This document shows positions 1 to 7,660 of a stretch of 64,000 bases of DNA, piece after piece. The notes below the pieces were generated by a model that was not told the origin of the DNA, did not search any database, and saw only the letters and a program-made list of their open reading frames with translations. The translations under genes and the position numbers were made by a program. Position 1 is the first letter of the stretch; the number at the start of each line of letters is the position of its first letter. The stretch covers positions 66,513 through 130,512 of the forward strand of contig JAJYCP010000001.1 of assembly GCA_021778295.1 (NCBI GenBank). The letters run 5' to 3'. Source of the DNA: a bacterium. Lineage in GTDB: Bacteria > Patescibacteriota > Minisyncoccia > Phycocordibacterales > Phycocordibacteraceae.

Positions 1-180
1 AAGGCTGATGATGCGGTGGTGATACCGGAAGGCACGCGGCACAATGTCATCAACACGGGCGCGGACGATTTGAAGCTCTACACGGTCTACGCGCCGCCGG
101 AGCACAAGGACGGCACGGTGGAGGCGACCAAGGCGGACGAGCACGAGGAGCATTTCGACGGAACGACGAGTGAGGCCTAA
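1..180 (+). CDS. Cupin-domain protein, C-terminal fragment (5' end outside the window).
   Basis: Frame 1 is open from the window edge to TAA at 178-180. It translates to ...VVIPEGTRHNVINTGADDLKLYTVYAPPEHKDGTVEA, a typical cupin beta-barrel C-terminus. Confidence 0.55.
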   Translation, partial: KADDAVVIPEGTRHNVINTGADDLKLYTVYAPPEHKDGTVEATKADEHEEHFDGTTSEA

Positions 181-194
181 GAGCGTAAAGACGT

Positions 195-596
195 ATGCGG
201 AGAAAACCGGTCTATCCGGAGAGCGTAGTCGTGAAGCGTTCACGCGCCGGACTCGGGCTTTTTGCGGCGCGTCCCTTCAAAAAAAGCGAGCGCATCATCG
301 AATACTTCGGCCGGACAATAACGAATGCCGAGGCGTACACGAGCCGCAGCAAATATCTCTTTGCAGTGCATAGTCGGAAAACGATCGATGGCATGACGCG
401 CCGGAATACCGCCCGCTATATCAATCACTCGTGCCGTCCCAATTGCACGCCGGAGATAGAACGCGGGCGTATCTTCATCGACGCGAAACGGAACATACAG
501 ACGGGAGAAGAGCTCACGTACGACTACGGAAAGGAATACGTTGACACGCATATCAAGCCGCGCGGCTGCCGGTGCGCAACGTGCGATATGAAATGA
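195..596 (+). CDS. SET-domain protein (putative lysine methyltransferase).
   Basis: 133 aa. Shows the SET signatures GLGLFA, NHSCRPNC and ELTYDY, plus a post-SET Cys cluster CRCATC. Confidence 0.8.
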   Translation: MRRKPVYPESVVVKRSRAGLGLFAARPFKKSERIIEYFGRTITNAEAYTSRSKYLFAVHSRKTIDGMTRRNTARYINHSCRPNCTPEIERGRIFIDAKRNIQTGEELTYDYGKEYVDTHIKPRGCRCATCDMK

Positions 597-630
597 GAAA
601 ACGTCCCGCCGAGGCGGGACGTTTTCTCGC
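597..630. terminator. Bidirectional rho-independent terminator between the convergent SET gene and csp.
   Basis: Hairpin ACGTCCCGCC-GAG-GGCGGGACGT, flanked by an A tract and TTTTCT. Coordinates are approximate. Confidence 0.5.
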
Positions 631-644
631 ACCGATCTAATCGC

Positions 645-854
645 TTAGATCTTGCTGACGTTGAGCGCGTTCGGGCCTTTCGGGCTGTCGCCGACCTCAA
701 AGGAGACCTTGTCTCCCTCCTGGAGCTCGTCGAACGAAATGTTCTTGAGCTCGTTGGAATGGAAGAACAGGTCCTTAGAACCATCCGGTGCTCCGTCAAC
801 TTTGATGAAGCCGAAGCCCTTCTCGTTCTTTTTGATTACTGTACCATTTTGCAT
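645..854 (-). CDS. cspA: Cold-shock protein (CspA family).
   Basis: 69 aa: MQNGTVIKKNEKGFGFIKVDG...FFHSNEL...GDKVSFEV. RNP1/RNP2-like motifs present. ATG at 854. Confidence 0.9.
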   Translation of the reverse strand: MQNGTVIKKNEKGFGFIKVDGAPDGSKDLFFHSNELKNISFDELQEGDKVSFEVGDSPKGPNALNVSKI

Positions 855-1000
855 GCTGCAGATAGATAGATTGTGTGACTAAGGTATCAAATCAGTAGCC
901 GAAGATAGAAGCTCGATCCCACTTCTTTGGATCCAGCGCTGGTTGACATGCATAGAGTAGCAGCTCTCCGGTTCGCTGTCAATACATCGCGATACTGTAT

Positions 1001-1750
1001 GTGTCCAAACAGGAAACACGTGCTACACTTGCGCGTATCAAACATAGTATGGACGCAGCTCACCAGGCCCCCTTTACCTACAGGGATCTTTTGAAGAAAG
1101 ACAGGTTGTATTCGCTCCTCACCGCTTTTCTGATGCTTGCTATCGCATTTGCATTCGAGCATATCGCTTCTGTATATGCGTATGCATATCTGGCACGCCC
1201 CACCTCCGTGTATGTGGGCGATATCCTTCTCGACAATCTTCCGGTCGTCAATCTGAATTTCCTCATCATAGAGGGCGCACTGAGCTGCATCGTTCTCGGG
1301 ACGCTGTTCGTATTTTCGAAGCCGCGCTATATCCTTTTTACTCTCAAGGCCGTAGCACTCTTTATCGCGATACGGGCCTTTTTCACCTCCCTGACGCACA
1401 TAGGCATCTACCCGGGCGCCATAAATCCCGGAGCGGGATTTCTCGACAGCATTTACATGTACCTTGATTTCCAAACCGGCTTCTTTTTCTCGGGCCACAC
1501 CGGCTTGCCATTTCTCATGGCTCTTATTTTTTGGCGCGAGTCGTTCCCGCGCGCCGTACTGTTATCGCTTTCTTTCATTTTCGCCGTTGCCGTGCTTTTA
1601 GCGCATGTCCACTATTCGATTGACGTATTCGCGGCGCCGTTCATGGCCTACGGCATATTTACGATTGCAAAAAAATTCTTCCCGCGCGATTACGCGCTCA
1701 TCGAGCCGGAGCTGCAGCATCCCGCTCCGCTTCCCCCGCCCGCGCTTTAG
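1001..1750 (+). CDS. PAP2_C-like (sphingomyelin-synthase/PAP2 superfamily) multi-pass membrane protein.
   Basis: About 6 TM segments. C-terminal motifs FFSGHTG and HVHYSIDV resemble the PAP2 C2/C3 boxes. GTG start at 1001, or ATG at 1049. Confidence 0.55.
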   Translation: MSKQETRATLARIKHSMDAAHQAPFTYRDLLKKDRLYSLLTAFLMLAIAFAFEHIASVYAYAYLARPTSVYVGDILLDNLPVVNLNFLIIEGALSCIVLGTLFVFSKPRYILFTLKAVALFIAIRAFFTSLTHIGIYPGAINPGAGFLDSIYMYLDFQTGFFFSGHTGLPFLMALIFWRESFPRAVLLSLSFIFAVAVLLAHVHYSIDVFAAPFMAYGIFTIAKKFFPRDYALIEPELQHPAPLPPPAL

Positions 1751-1768
1751 GTGAAAAGATAAGAAGAA

Positions 1769-1790
1769 GCTCCCATGCATGCATGGGAGC
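1769..1790. terminator. Perfect 22-bp palindrome GCTCCCATGCATGCATGGGAGC between convergent genes (bidirectional terminator).
   Basis: Read directly from the sequence. Lies between the end of the PAP2-like gene (1750) and the end of queC (1815). Confidence 0.5.
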
Positions 1791-1814
1791 TCATAATGGT
1801 TTATACGGCGGCGG

Positions 1815-2492
1815 TTACGCGCTGCGCCGGTTTTCCAACGGAAATAATGCGGCATCTCTTGCGAGGCACTGGCCGCATTTTCCGCAGGCCTGCCCGCCCT
1901 TCGGATCCGAGCAGCTGAAAGTCTCGGCCACGTTGATCCCGTACTCGGGAGCCAGTATACGTACAATCTGCGGCTTGGTGTACCTGATGAGCGGCAGAAT
2001 AATCTGCGGGCGTACCTGCGCTTGCAGTTCCGCGAGGTCTTGATGGAGCGTGATGAGCCGAAACACCTTGCGGCGATGCGGCTCGCTCGGCAGGTCGTCC
2101 GCGTGCAACGCCCAGGCGACCTTTCCGATGTCGGCCGTGCACGCGTGCATCAACGCCATGCTAAGCATGATCGACACACTCATCGGCGCGCCCTGCGTTT
2201 TGCTACCCGGGCAGTTATTGATAGATCCGCCAAACGACAGCCGCAGGTCCGGCATGTGCCGGATCAGCTCGTCGGCCGACGTGAGATCCACTTCGATATG
2301 CCGTGTAGCGAATCGCTTCGCAAAGGCTCGCGCACACAGGACTTCAGGCATATTGTTCAGGCGAGATTCTTGCCGGAACGAAAGCGTGGTCACTTCAAAT
2401 CCTTGTCTTTGAAGCATCAAGAGGCAAACAGCCGAATCGATACCGCCGGAGAGCATGAGGAGCGCTTTCTTTAACCGCGTGACGTTTTTCAT
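1815..2492 (-). CDS. queC: 7-cyano-7-deazaguanine synthase QueC-like PP-loop ATPase.
   Basis: 225 aa. N-terminal SGGIDS PP-loop. C-terminal CSDPKGGQACGKCGQC zinc motif typical of QueC. Confidence 0.7.
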   Translation of the reverse strand: MKNVTRLKKALLMLSGGIDSAVCLLMLQRQGFEVTTLSFRQESRLNNMPEVLCARAFAKRFATRHIEVDLTSADELIRHMPDLRLSFGGSINNCPGSKTQGAPMSVSIMLSMALMHACTADIGKVAWALHADDLPSEPHRRKVFRLITLHQDLAELQAQVRPQIILPLIRYTKPQIVRILAPEYGINVAETFSCSDPKGGQACGKCGQCLARDAALFPLENRRSA

Positions 2493-2610
2493 CGGTTTTC
2501 TCCCAAAGAAAAAGAGCAGTGGGGCTTTGCGACATGCATCCCCACGAGAATGAAAGTACTCCGCGCAAGAATAATGTCAACTGCGCACGAAAGAGTCATC
2601 TGTACTGAAA

Positions 2611-2653
2611 CATACAAACACACCCGCGCTTGATTCGCGGGTGTGTTTGTTTG
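2611..2653 (-). terminator. Rho-independent terminator downstream of the secreted-protein gene.
   Basis: Hairpin ACAAACACACCCGCG-cttgatt-CGCGGGTGTGTTTGT with T-rich flanks on both strands. Confidence 0.5.
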
Positions 2654-2665
2654 ATGGCGGCTAGA

Positions 2666-3535
2666 TTAATTTCCTTCCGAATGAACCGTCGTTGTGGAAG
2701 ACCACGTAGGACCGGTAGAGCCTTCACTGTTTTGCACGCAGGTGCCACCCTCATCGACAATCGGACCGAGCTGGCAGTGGAGACCTTCGGCGCACTGCGG
2801 CGCATTTTGGATAAAGCCGCCGCAATGCGCGCCTACGCCCACTTTCGCGTTCTCTCCTCCGCTGACGTCACCGGTCGAAGAGGCTGTGGAGTCGGAAGAC
2901 GAGGAAGAAGAAGAACCGATATCACCGGTCGAAGAGGCTGTGGAGTCAGGAGACGAGGAAGATGAAGAAGAATCTCCCATCTCGCATTCCATCTCCAATT
3001 CCTTATTTATGTCTTCGCGGGTCAGCGGTCCGACATTTCCATAGCCCGTGGACTCGGAATTACCTGAAGAAACGATGCCTTGAGCGGCCTGCCAGCGTTG
3101 TACCGCCGCTAACGTCGACGAACCGAAATAGCCGGTGATGGCGTCTTCGGGGTAGATACTCTTATCCTTCCCGAGGAACGCTTGCAGACGCGAAACTTCA
3201 CCTTCCGTGGTCCGATCGGTAGAACCGATGCTCATATTAGTAGAAAGCAGGGTGCAATTACCGTTACTATTTGAGGTCGGCGTAGTATTGCTCGAAGGAT
3301 TCGAGCCATTCGATGTCGAAGTTTGCGTTGAAGTCGCCGTATTTTCGAGCGCAGCCTGCACATTTGCAATCGTTGCCGTATCGGCGCCAAATGCTTGCAG
3401 GAGATTAAGTATGGCCTGAATCTGAATCGTACTCAGGGATGCGGCTTGGGCAAAAGAAGCGCCGCCTAAAAGGCTGACGGCGAATGCCGCGCCGGCCGCT
3501 AGGGAAAGAAAACGATGATTTCTAAAGAAGTGCAT
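2666..3535 (-). CDS. Secreted protein with a peptidoglycan-binding (PG_binding_1-like) domain, an acidic Ser/Asp/Glu-rich repeat linker and a Cys-rich C-terminal domain.
   Basis: Signal peptide MHFFRNHRFLSLAAGAAFAVSLLGGASFAQAA. PG-binding-like motif LQAFLGKDKSIYPEDAITGYFGSSTLAAVQRWQAAQGI. Repeats (SSSSSS..DSTASSTGD) x2. C-terminal 8-Cys domain. Start chosen at the in-frame ATG at 3535. Confidence 0.6.
   Translation of the reverse strand: MHFFRNHRFLSLAAGAAFAVSLLGGASFAQAASLSTIQIQAILNLLQAFGADTATIANVQAALENTATSTQTSTSNGSNPSSNTTPTSNSNGNCTLLSTNMSIGSTDRTTEGEVSRLQAFLGKDKSIYPEDAITGYFGSSTLAAVQRWQAAQGIVSSGNSESTGYGNVGPLTREDINKELEMECEMGDSSSSSSSPDSTASSTGDIGSSSSSSSDSTASSTGDVSGGENAKVGVGAHCGGFIQNAPQCAEGLHCQLGPIVDEGGTCVQNSEGSTGPTWSSTTTVHSEGN
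2868..2975. repeat. Tandem 54-bp repeat x2 inside the CDS (encodes the duplicated Ser/Asp-rich segment).
   Basis: The unit tcaccggtcgaagaggctgtggagtc(g/a)g(a/g)agacgaggaagaaga... occurs twice in tandem with a few mismatches. Confidence 0.7.
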
Positions 3536-3625
3536 TGTTACATAAGCTAGCCAGTAATAACTCGAGAGACCCACCCATAATAGCACGGAACAGGAACCTG
3601 CTTCGAAGGGCTTTTGGGGAAAACT

Positions 3626-4765
3626 TTATAGCCCAAACGGGAGATTCTGCCCTTTTTTCTCGGGAGAAAGCACACGCGGAAGGTGCACTGTATCTCTTGC
3701 ATCCGCCGGAGATCCTCCAAGCGCGCCGCTGGAAGTCGTCGATGCGGAAGTCGTAGCAAAGACCTGCACTCCAAGCGTCGCGGCGGCGCGCGTGAGCACA
3801 TCGAGACGCGCCGTAGCGGAGAGGGAATCTTGGAATGCGCGCGCGGCGCCATTTTCGTCATGCCGCTTGAGCAGTACGCGCCCCTGTTCGACGAGCGCGG
3901 AAGCGCGTTGCAGTTCGCGGCGCGCATCAGCCGAACTCGAGGCATCGAGGGTGCTTGATGCCGCCCCGATGATGCCCGCGGAAACGCGCAAGGCCGTATC
4001 CGCTGCATTCTGCAGATGAAGAACATTCTGGTCGGCGATGGTCGACTGCTCTTGCGGTGGGATACCGTCCGGCAAAGTCGACGAGGCATCGCCGCTCGTC
4101 TGCGCGCTTGCGATCAAAGCAAGTTGCGTCTGGATAGCCGCCTGGAGATGCTCGGTCGCACCCTTGTTTCGCGAGTGCGCCACTACGGCGAGCACATTTT
4201 CGTAGGCCGCGAGGCGGGCCGCAAATCCCGCCGAGAGCATATCTGCGGCGGTCGGGTTGCGCATACGTTCCTGTGCCACGGCGATCGCCGCGCCGCTGGC
4301 GTTTTCGGTGAAGTTTGCGGCAAGTGCGGCCTCCGTCGTTGTACCGAGCTTCCCGTCGTTTGCCAGCAGTGCCGCTTCATCAATACGATACCCCGCAAAT
4401 GTCATCTGCAACGCCGCTTTCGCTTCGGGCGAAACCGCAAGAGCAAGTTGGACAGGCTCAATGACATTCACTTTTATCGGATACAAGATATCGCCGGGAA
4501 GTGTTCCTTCGGCGGCGTACGCAACGCCACTCGAAGAGAGCGCGAGTATAAGCACAGCAACGACGACTATGCCAATCGGCCGTCGCACATAGGCAACCCA
4601 TGCGTCAAAAAACGTCGCATGCACAGGCAAGGGCGCAACCGGTTCCCGAACAGGTTTCATCGTCGCGTACTCGCGCAGCAAAGCACGCATTTTTTCGCGC
4701 TCGGCTTCAGTGAGCGTTATATGAGCTCCCGCTTTTTTTATTCGTTTTTCAAAATCGTTTTTCAT
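3626..4765 (-). CDS. Membrane-anchored anti-sigma-factor-like protein (single TM; Ala/Thr-rich extracytoplasmic domain).
   Basis: ATG at 4765 overlaps the TGA of the upstream ECF sigma gene (ATGA overlap). N-terminal cytoplasmic segment, TM VVVAVLILALSS, and a long periplasmic low-complexity domain. Confidence 0.55.
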   Translation of the reverse strand: MKNDFEKRIKKAGAHITLTEAEREKMRALLREYATMKPVREPVAPLPVHATFFDAWVAYVRRPIGIVVVAVLILALSSSGVAYAAEGTLPGDILYPIKVNVIEPVQLALAVSPEAKAALQMTFAGYRIDEAALLANDGKLGTTTEAALAANFTENASGAAIAVAQERMRNPTAADMLSAGFAARLAAYENVLAVVAHSRNKGATEHLQAAIQTQLALIASAQTSGDASSTLPDGIPPQEQSTIADQNVLHLQNAADTALRVSAGIIGAASSTLDASSSADARRELQRASALVEQGRVLLKRHDENGAARAFQDSLSATARLDVLTRAAATLGVQVFATTSASTTSSGALGGSPADARDTVHLPRVLSPEKKGQNLPFGL

Positions 4766-5295
4766 ATATCCATAGATCCGCAAAGTTTCTTCAAATGCGC
4801 AAGCGCTCGATGAATGCGGACTGCGGCGACATTTTCCGATATGCCGAGCGCTCCGGCAATCTCTTTCGCCGAAAGTCCGTCGCTATAACGCATCGTAAGC
4901 GCCGCGCGATACGCATCCGGCATGAGAGAGATGAATGTCCGTATCTTTTCCAACATGAACTCATCGTCCAGTTTCTCTTCTTTTTCTGCGCGGCTTCCCG
5001 CGGCGACGAGCGTATTCGCCCATGCAGATGAGTCTTCAAGCAAGGAATCGAGAGATTCTTCCTTCGTTCGTCGGTACTCATCAATAATAAGGTTATTGAG
5101 CACTCGGTAGAGAAAACTCTTCCAATTGCGCACTTCATTGCCTTCGCGCACATAATCCCATGCTTTCAGAAATGTATCCTGAGTGAGATCGATCGCCCGG
5201 TCGCGGCCCTTAATGCGAAAGGAAGCATGCCGAAACAAAGCGTCGGCGTATTCGTCAAAAGCTTCAAGAAATGCGTTTTCGTAAGGGCGAGTCAT
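4762..5295 (-). CDS. RNA polymerase sigma-70 ECF-family sigma factor.
   Basis: Region 2 (DLTQDTFLKAWDYV) and region 4 HTH (LSAKEIAGALGISENVAAVRIHRALAHLKK). Start assigned to ATG at 5295; ATGs at 5328 and 5361 are also possible. Confidence 0.8.
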   Translation of the reverse strand: MTRPYENAFLEAFDEYADALFRHASFRIKGRDRAIDLTQDTFLKAWDYVREGNEVRNWKSFLYRVLNNLIIDEYRRTKEESLDSLLEDSSAWANTLVAAGSRAEKEEKLDDEFMLEKIRTFISLMPDAYRAALTMRYSDGLSAKEIAGALGISENVAAVRIHRALAHLKKLCGSMDI

Positions 5296-5623
5296 GCGAT
5301 GCGCTCTTGGGAGGGCTTCCTGCATCATACGCCAGTGCAAAGATGTTGTTATGGAGGGCATGCGTAGCTGTTCGCGTTGCTCGCTGACTTCGGGAATGTT
5401 TCCCCTCGGGCGTTCGTTCGAAATTTCCTTTCCAAACTCACTTCTGAGGACGCACCAGACCCTTTTTTCTTACCGGTCGTATAACGGTCTTGTCTCGAGC
5501 AGGGAAGCATCCCGTGCTCCTGCTATTTGTATTTTTAGACTTACGTGGTATAACCCCTAACGGTTAGCCAAAGATTTTTGGCGGCCAGGACGTTCCTTTC
5601 ACTTTGTTCTTGAGAGGTGAAGC

Positions 5624-5797
5624 ATGAACACGAATAAGAAACCGAAGTCAGACCCTTCCTCCGGACCCTACGCGGCAATCCGTGCCATGAATCGGGAAGC
5701 GGTGCAAACCTTCCTCAAAGGGGAGAGCACCGATCCCGCTCAGATTATCGAGCGGCTCGAAGAACGAGCTGAACTCGAGAAAAGGGAAGAAGGGTAA
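5624..5797 (+). CDS. Small hypothetical protein (57 aa), not in the ORF track.
   Basis: RBS GAGAGGTGA precedes ATG at 5624. Translates to MNTNKKPKSDPSSGPYAAIRAMNREAVQTFLKGESTDPAQIIERLEERAELEKREEG*. Followed by a clean terminator. Confidence 0.4.
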   Translation: MNTNKKPKSDPSSGPYAAIRAMNREAVQTFLKGESTDPAQIIERLEERAELEKREEG

Positions 5798-5813
5798 AGC
5801 AATTTCCTCTGAT

Positions 5814-5848
5814 CAAAAGGGTACCTACGGGTACCCTTTTTGTTTTTT
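5814..5848 (+). terminator. Rho-independent terminator.
   Basis: AAAAGGGTACC-TACG-GGTACCCTTTTTGTTTTTT. Confidence 0.65.
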
Positions 5849-5903
5849 CGCTGCTACTGTTGTATAGTGCCGCCCAGCACGTTCCTTAGAAAAGGATACC
5901 GAC

Positions 5904-6155
5904 ATGCGACCTGCGACCGTTCTGCAAACGCTCCAGTGGATGAAAAGAGACAATCGATTCCAGACGTCGACCCTCCTCAAGCTTTTCGATCTGGCATACT
6001 TTTACCAGCACAGGGAGCTGAACGACATGCGGATAATCCAAGACGCACGCCGTATGAGGCAGGAGGGATATGTACCGTCGTACGTCACTCACTTCCTCCG
6101 CGAACGCGTGTATCCCAAAATGCTGATCGTGAATAATGACCAGAAGGTAAAATGA
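5904..6155 (+). CDS. Hypothetical protein (83 aa).
   Basis: RBS AAAGGAT lies upstream of ATG. Followed by a strong terminator. No recognisable domain. Confidence 0.5.
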   Translation: MRPATVLQTLQWMKRDNRFQTSTLLKLFDLAYFYQHRELNDMRIIQDARRMRQEGYVPSYVTHFLRERVYPKMLIVNNDQKVK

Positions 6156-6158
6156 AAA

Positions 6159-6197
6159 GGAGCTGCTGATAGGACATCAGCAGCTCCTTTCTTTTCG
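6159..6197 (+). terminator. Rho-independent terminator.
   Basis: GGAGCTGCTGAT-AGGAC-ATCAGCAGCTCC followed by TTTCTTTTCG. Confidence 0.7.
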
Positions 6198-6219
6198 TCT
6201 CTCCCGAAGCAATTCAAGC

Positions 6220-6996
6220 CTAACCGCCGACCACGGGACTCGGTACTGCAAACGGCTGCACCGTACCGATGGCGGTTATGGTAAAACTAGCTCCTATATT
6301 TTTGTTTCCGCTTATCGCATTACTGAGACCAGCGAGCAACTGCAGCAATGCGCCGCTCTGATCCGCGATGCAAGCCGACATCGGCACGATGGTTTCAGCA
6401 CCTCCGTTGGCCCTCACGACAGTCCATACGTGGCCGGCAGTGTTGGCAAAATTACAGGTGCCGTCCTCGCGCAAACGTACTGTCGGATTCGTCGCCATTC
6501 CCCAGAATTGTTGTGCAAATCCCAGCAAAGGAGGGGTACTCCTCCCCTGCGAGGCATACCACTTCCCGAGTTTTACGTAGGTGTGGGTACCGATATACCT
6601 TTCCACCCATGGCGTAGTCGTTTCCCAATTGTCCGCACTGTACACATTGCCGGAAATCGTCATTGATCGCCCTCCGCCATGGGTAACTTCGGTGTAACTG
6701 TAGTTAGTGAGCGATTCCAATCTGGCGAGCGAAATATTACCCGGAAGAACCGCAGTGCTCGGCGCAGTGCCTGAGGATCCGTTTTGTACGCCGATCGCGC
6801 TCGTGCCGGATTGCACGGCGTTCTGTGCGTTTTTAAGAAAGAGACCCAGAAAGACGACGAATAAAATACCGAAAATGACCGATAAAGGCTGACGTACTGC
6901 CGTCCCAAATCCGGTCCCTTTCCGCATTTGGCTGACGAGCGTCGTGATGAGCAGCACCACAGATATCGTGCTCGCGGCAAGAAAAGAATATTGCAT
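6220..6996 (-). CDS. Hypothetical membrane-anchored extracytoplasmic protein.
   Basis: N-terminal TM (ISVVLLITTLV...FGILFVVFLGLFL), then a Gly/Ser/Thr-rich soluble domain. ATG at 6996 (the track ORF begins at TTG 7005). Confidence 0.5.
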   Translation of the reverse strand: MQYSFLAASTISVVLLITTLVSQMRKGTGFGTAVRQPLSVIFGILFVVFLGLFLKNAQNAVQSGTSAIGVQNGSSGTAPSTAVLPGNISLARLESLTNYSYTEVTHGGGRSMTISGNVYSADNWETTTPWVERYIGTHTYVKLGKWYASQGRSTPPLLGFAQQFWGMATNPTVRLREDGTCNFANTAGHVWTVVRANGGAETIVPMSACIADQSGALLQLLAGLSNAISGNKNIGASFTITAIGTVQPFAVPSPVVGG

Positions 6997-7133
6997 GAAT
7001 CGCAAAAAGAATACGGGTAAGCCTCCAGTATATCAAAACTCCATTCCCACTTCATGTCTGTGCACTGTCTAGTAAACCAATTCGACGCTGACGGGTGGCC
7101 ATAGTGGACAATTCGGCATACCATAGGCGACAT

Positions 7134-7385
7134 ATGAAAATCGTCATTTGGGCGGTCCTGGGCGCGCTCGTCGGGTGGGTAGCCACCATGCTCGTCGGGG
7201 GCGGGGGAGGATTATTCTGGGATGTCATCGTCGGCGTTGCCGGAGCTGTCATCGGCGGATTTGTCATGAACCTGATCGGGTATCACGGTATCGGCGGACT
7301 CGATATTCTCATAGCGCTTTCAAGTGCGCTCGTGCTCATCGCCACGGTACGAGCGGTGCGTAAGGCGGGAAGCAGACCGAATTGA
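7134..7385 (+). CDS. GlsB/YeaQ/YmgE-family small membrane protein.
   Basis: MKIVIWAVLGALVGWVATMLVGGGGGLFWDVIVGVAGAVIGGFV..., the typical family sequence. 83 aa from ATG 7134. Confidence 0.75.
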   Translation: MKIVIWAVLGALVGWVATMLVGGGGGLFWDVIVGVAGAVIGGFVMNLIGYHGIGGLDILIALSSALVLIATVRAVRKAGSRPN

Positions 7386-7574
7386 AATAATGAAGAAGCC
7401 CCGCAAGAAGCCCTGCTTTTTGCGGGCCTTCTTGCGGGGCTTGCGTTTGATTGAGTCCCAAAGGGATCTCCAACATTTTTGACAAAGGTCGTGATTTTTG
7501 TCGGGAGTGCCACGCCACCCCTTGCGTCTCGACCTCACTTTGATCCGTCGCCCGCATTCGCACCATTTGCTCAT
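7320..7574 (-). CDS. Possible small zinc-ribbon protein (84 aa) with a basic tail.
   Basis: Strong SD GGGAGG sits 7 nt before ATG 7574. Translates to MSKWCECGRRIKV...(21)...CQKCWRSL (CxC...CxxC). The 3' third is translated through the yeaQ terminator hairpin and overlaps the yeaQ 3' end, so the true extent is uncertain. Confidence 0.3.
   Translation of the reverse strand: MSKWCECGRRIKVRSRRKGWRGTPDKNHDLCQKCWRSLWDSIKRKPRKKARKKQGFLRGFFIISIRSASRLTHRSYRGDEHERT
7393..7450 (+). terminator. Long GC-rich hairpin terminator after the yeaQ-like gene.
   Basis: GCCCCGCAAGAAGCCC-tgctttttgc-GGGCCTTCTTGCGGGGC followed by TTGCGTTTG. Confidence 0.55.
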
Positions 7575-7660
7575 GAGAGCCTCCCAAGGAAGTATCCGTT
7601 TAGAACATACAACTTTCACTGCGGTAGTCAAACTCCTCAAGCGCGGCACTGCTCGTGCAG

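Noticed and set aside
170-373. A 67-aa plus-strand ORF overlapping the start of the SET gene in another frame.
   Set aside because: The SET-domain frame is conserved and complete. This is an overlap artefact.
6348-6666. Three overlapping plus-strand ORFs (70-89 aa) inside the 6220..6996 minus-strand gene.
   Set aside because: They are antisense to a longer ORF with an N-terminal TM and consistent codon usage. No start signals were found.
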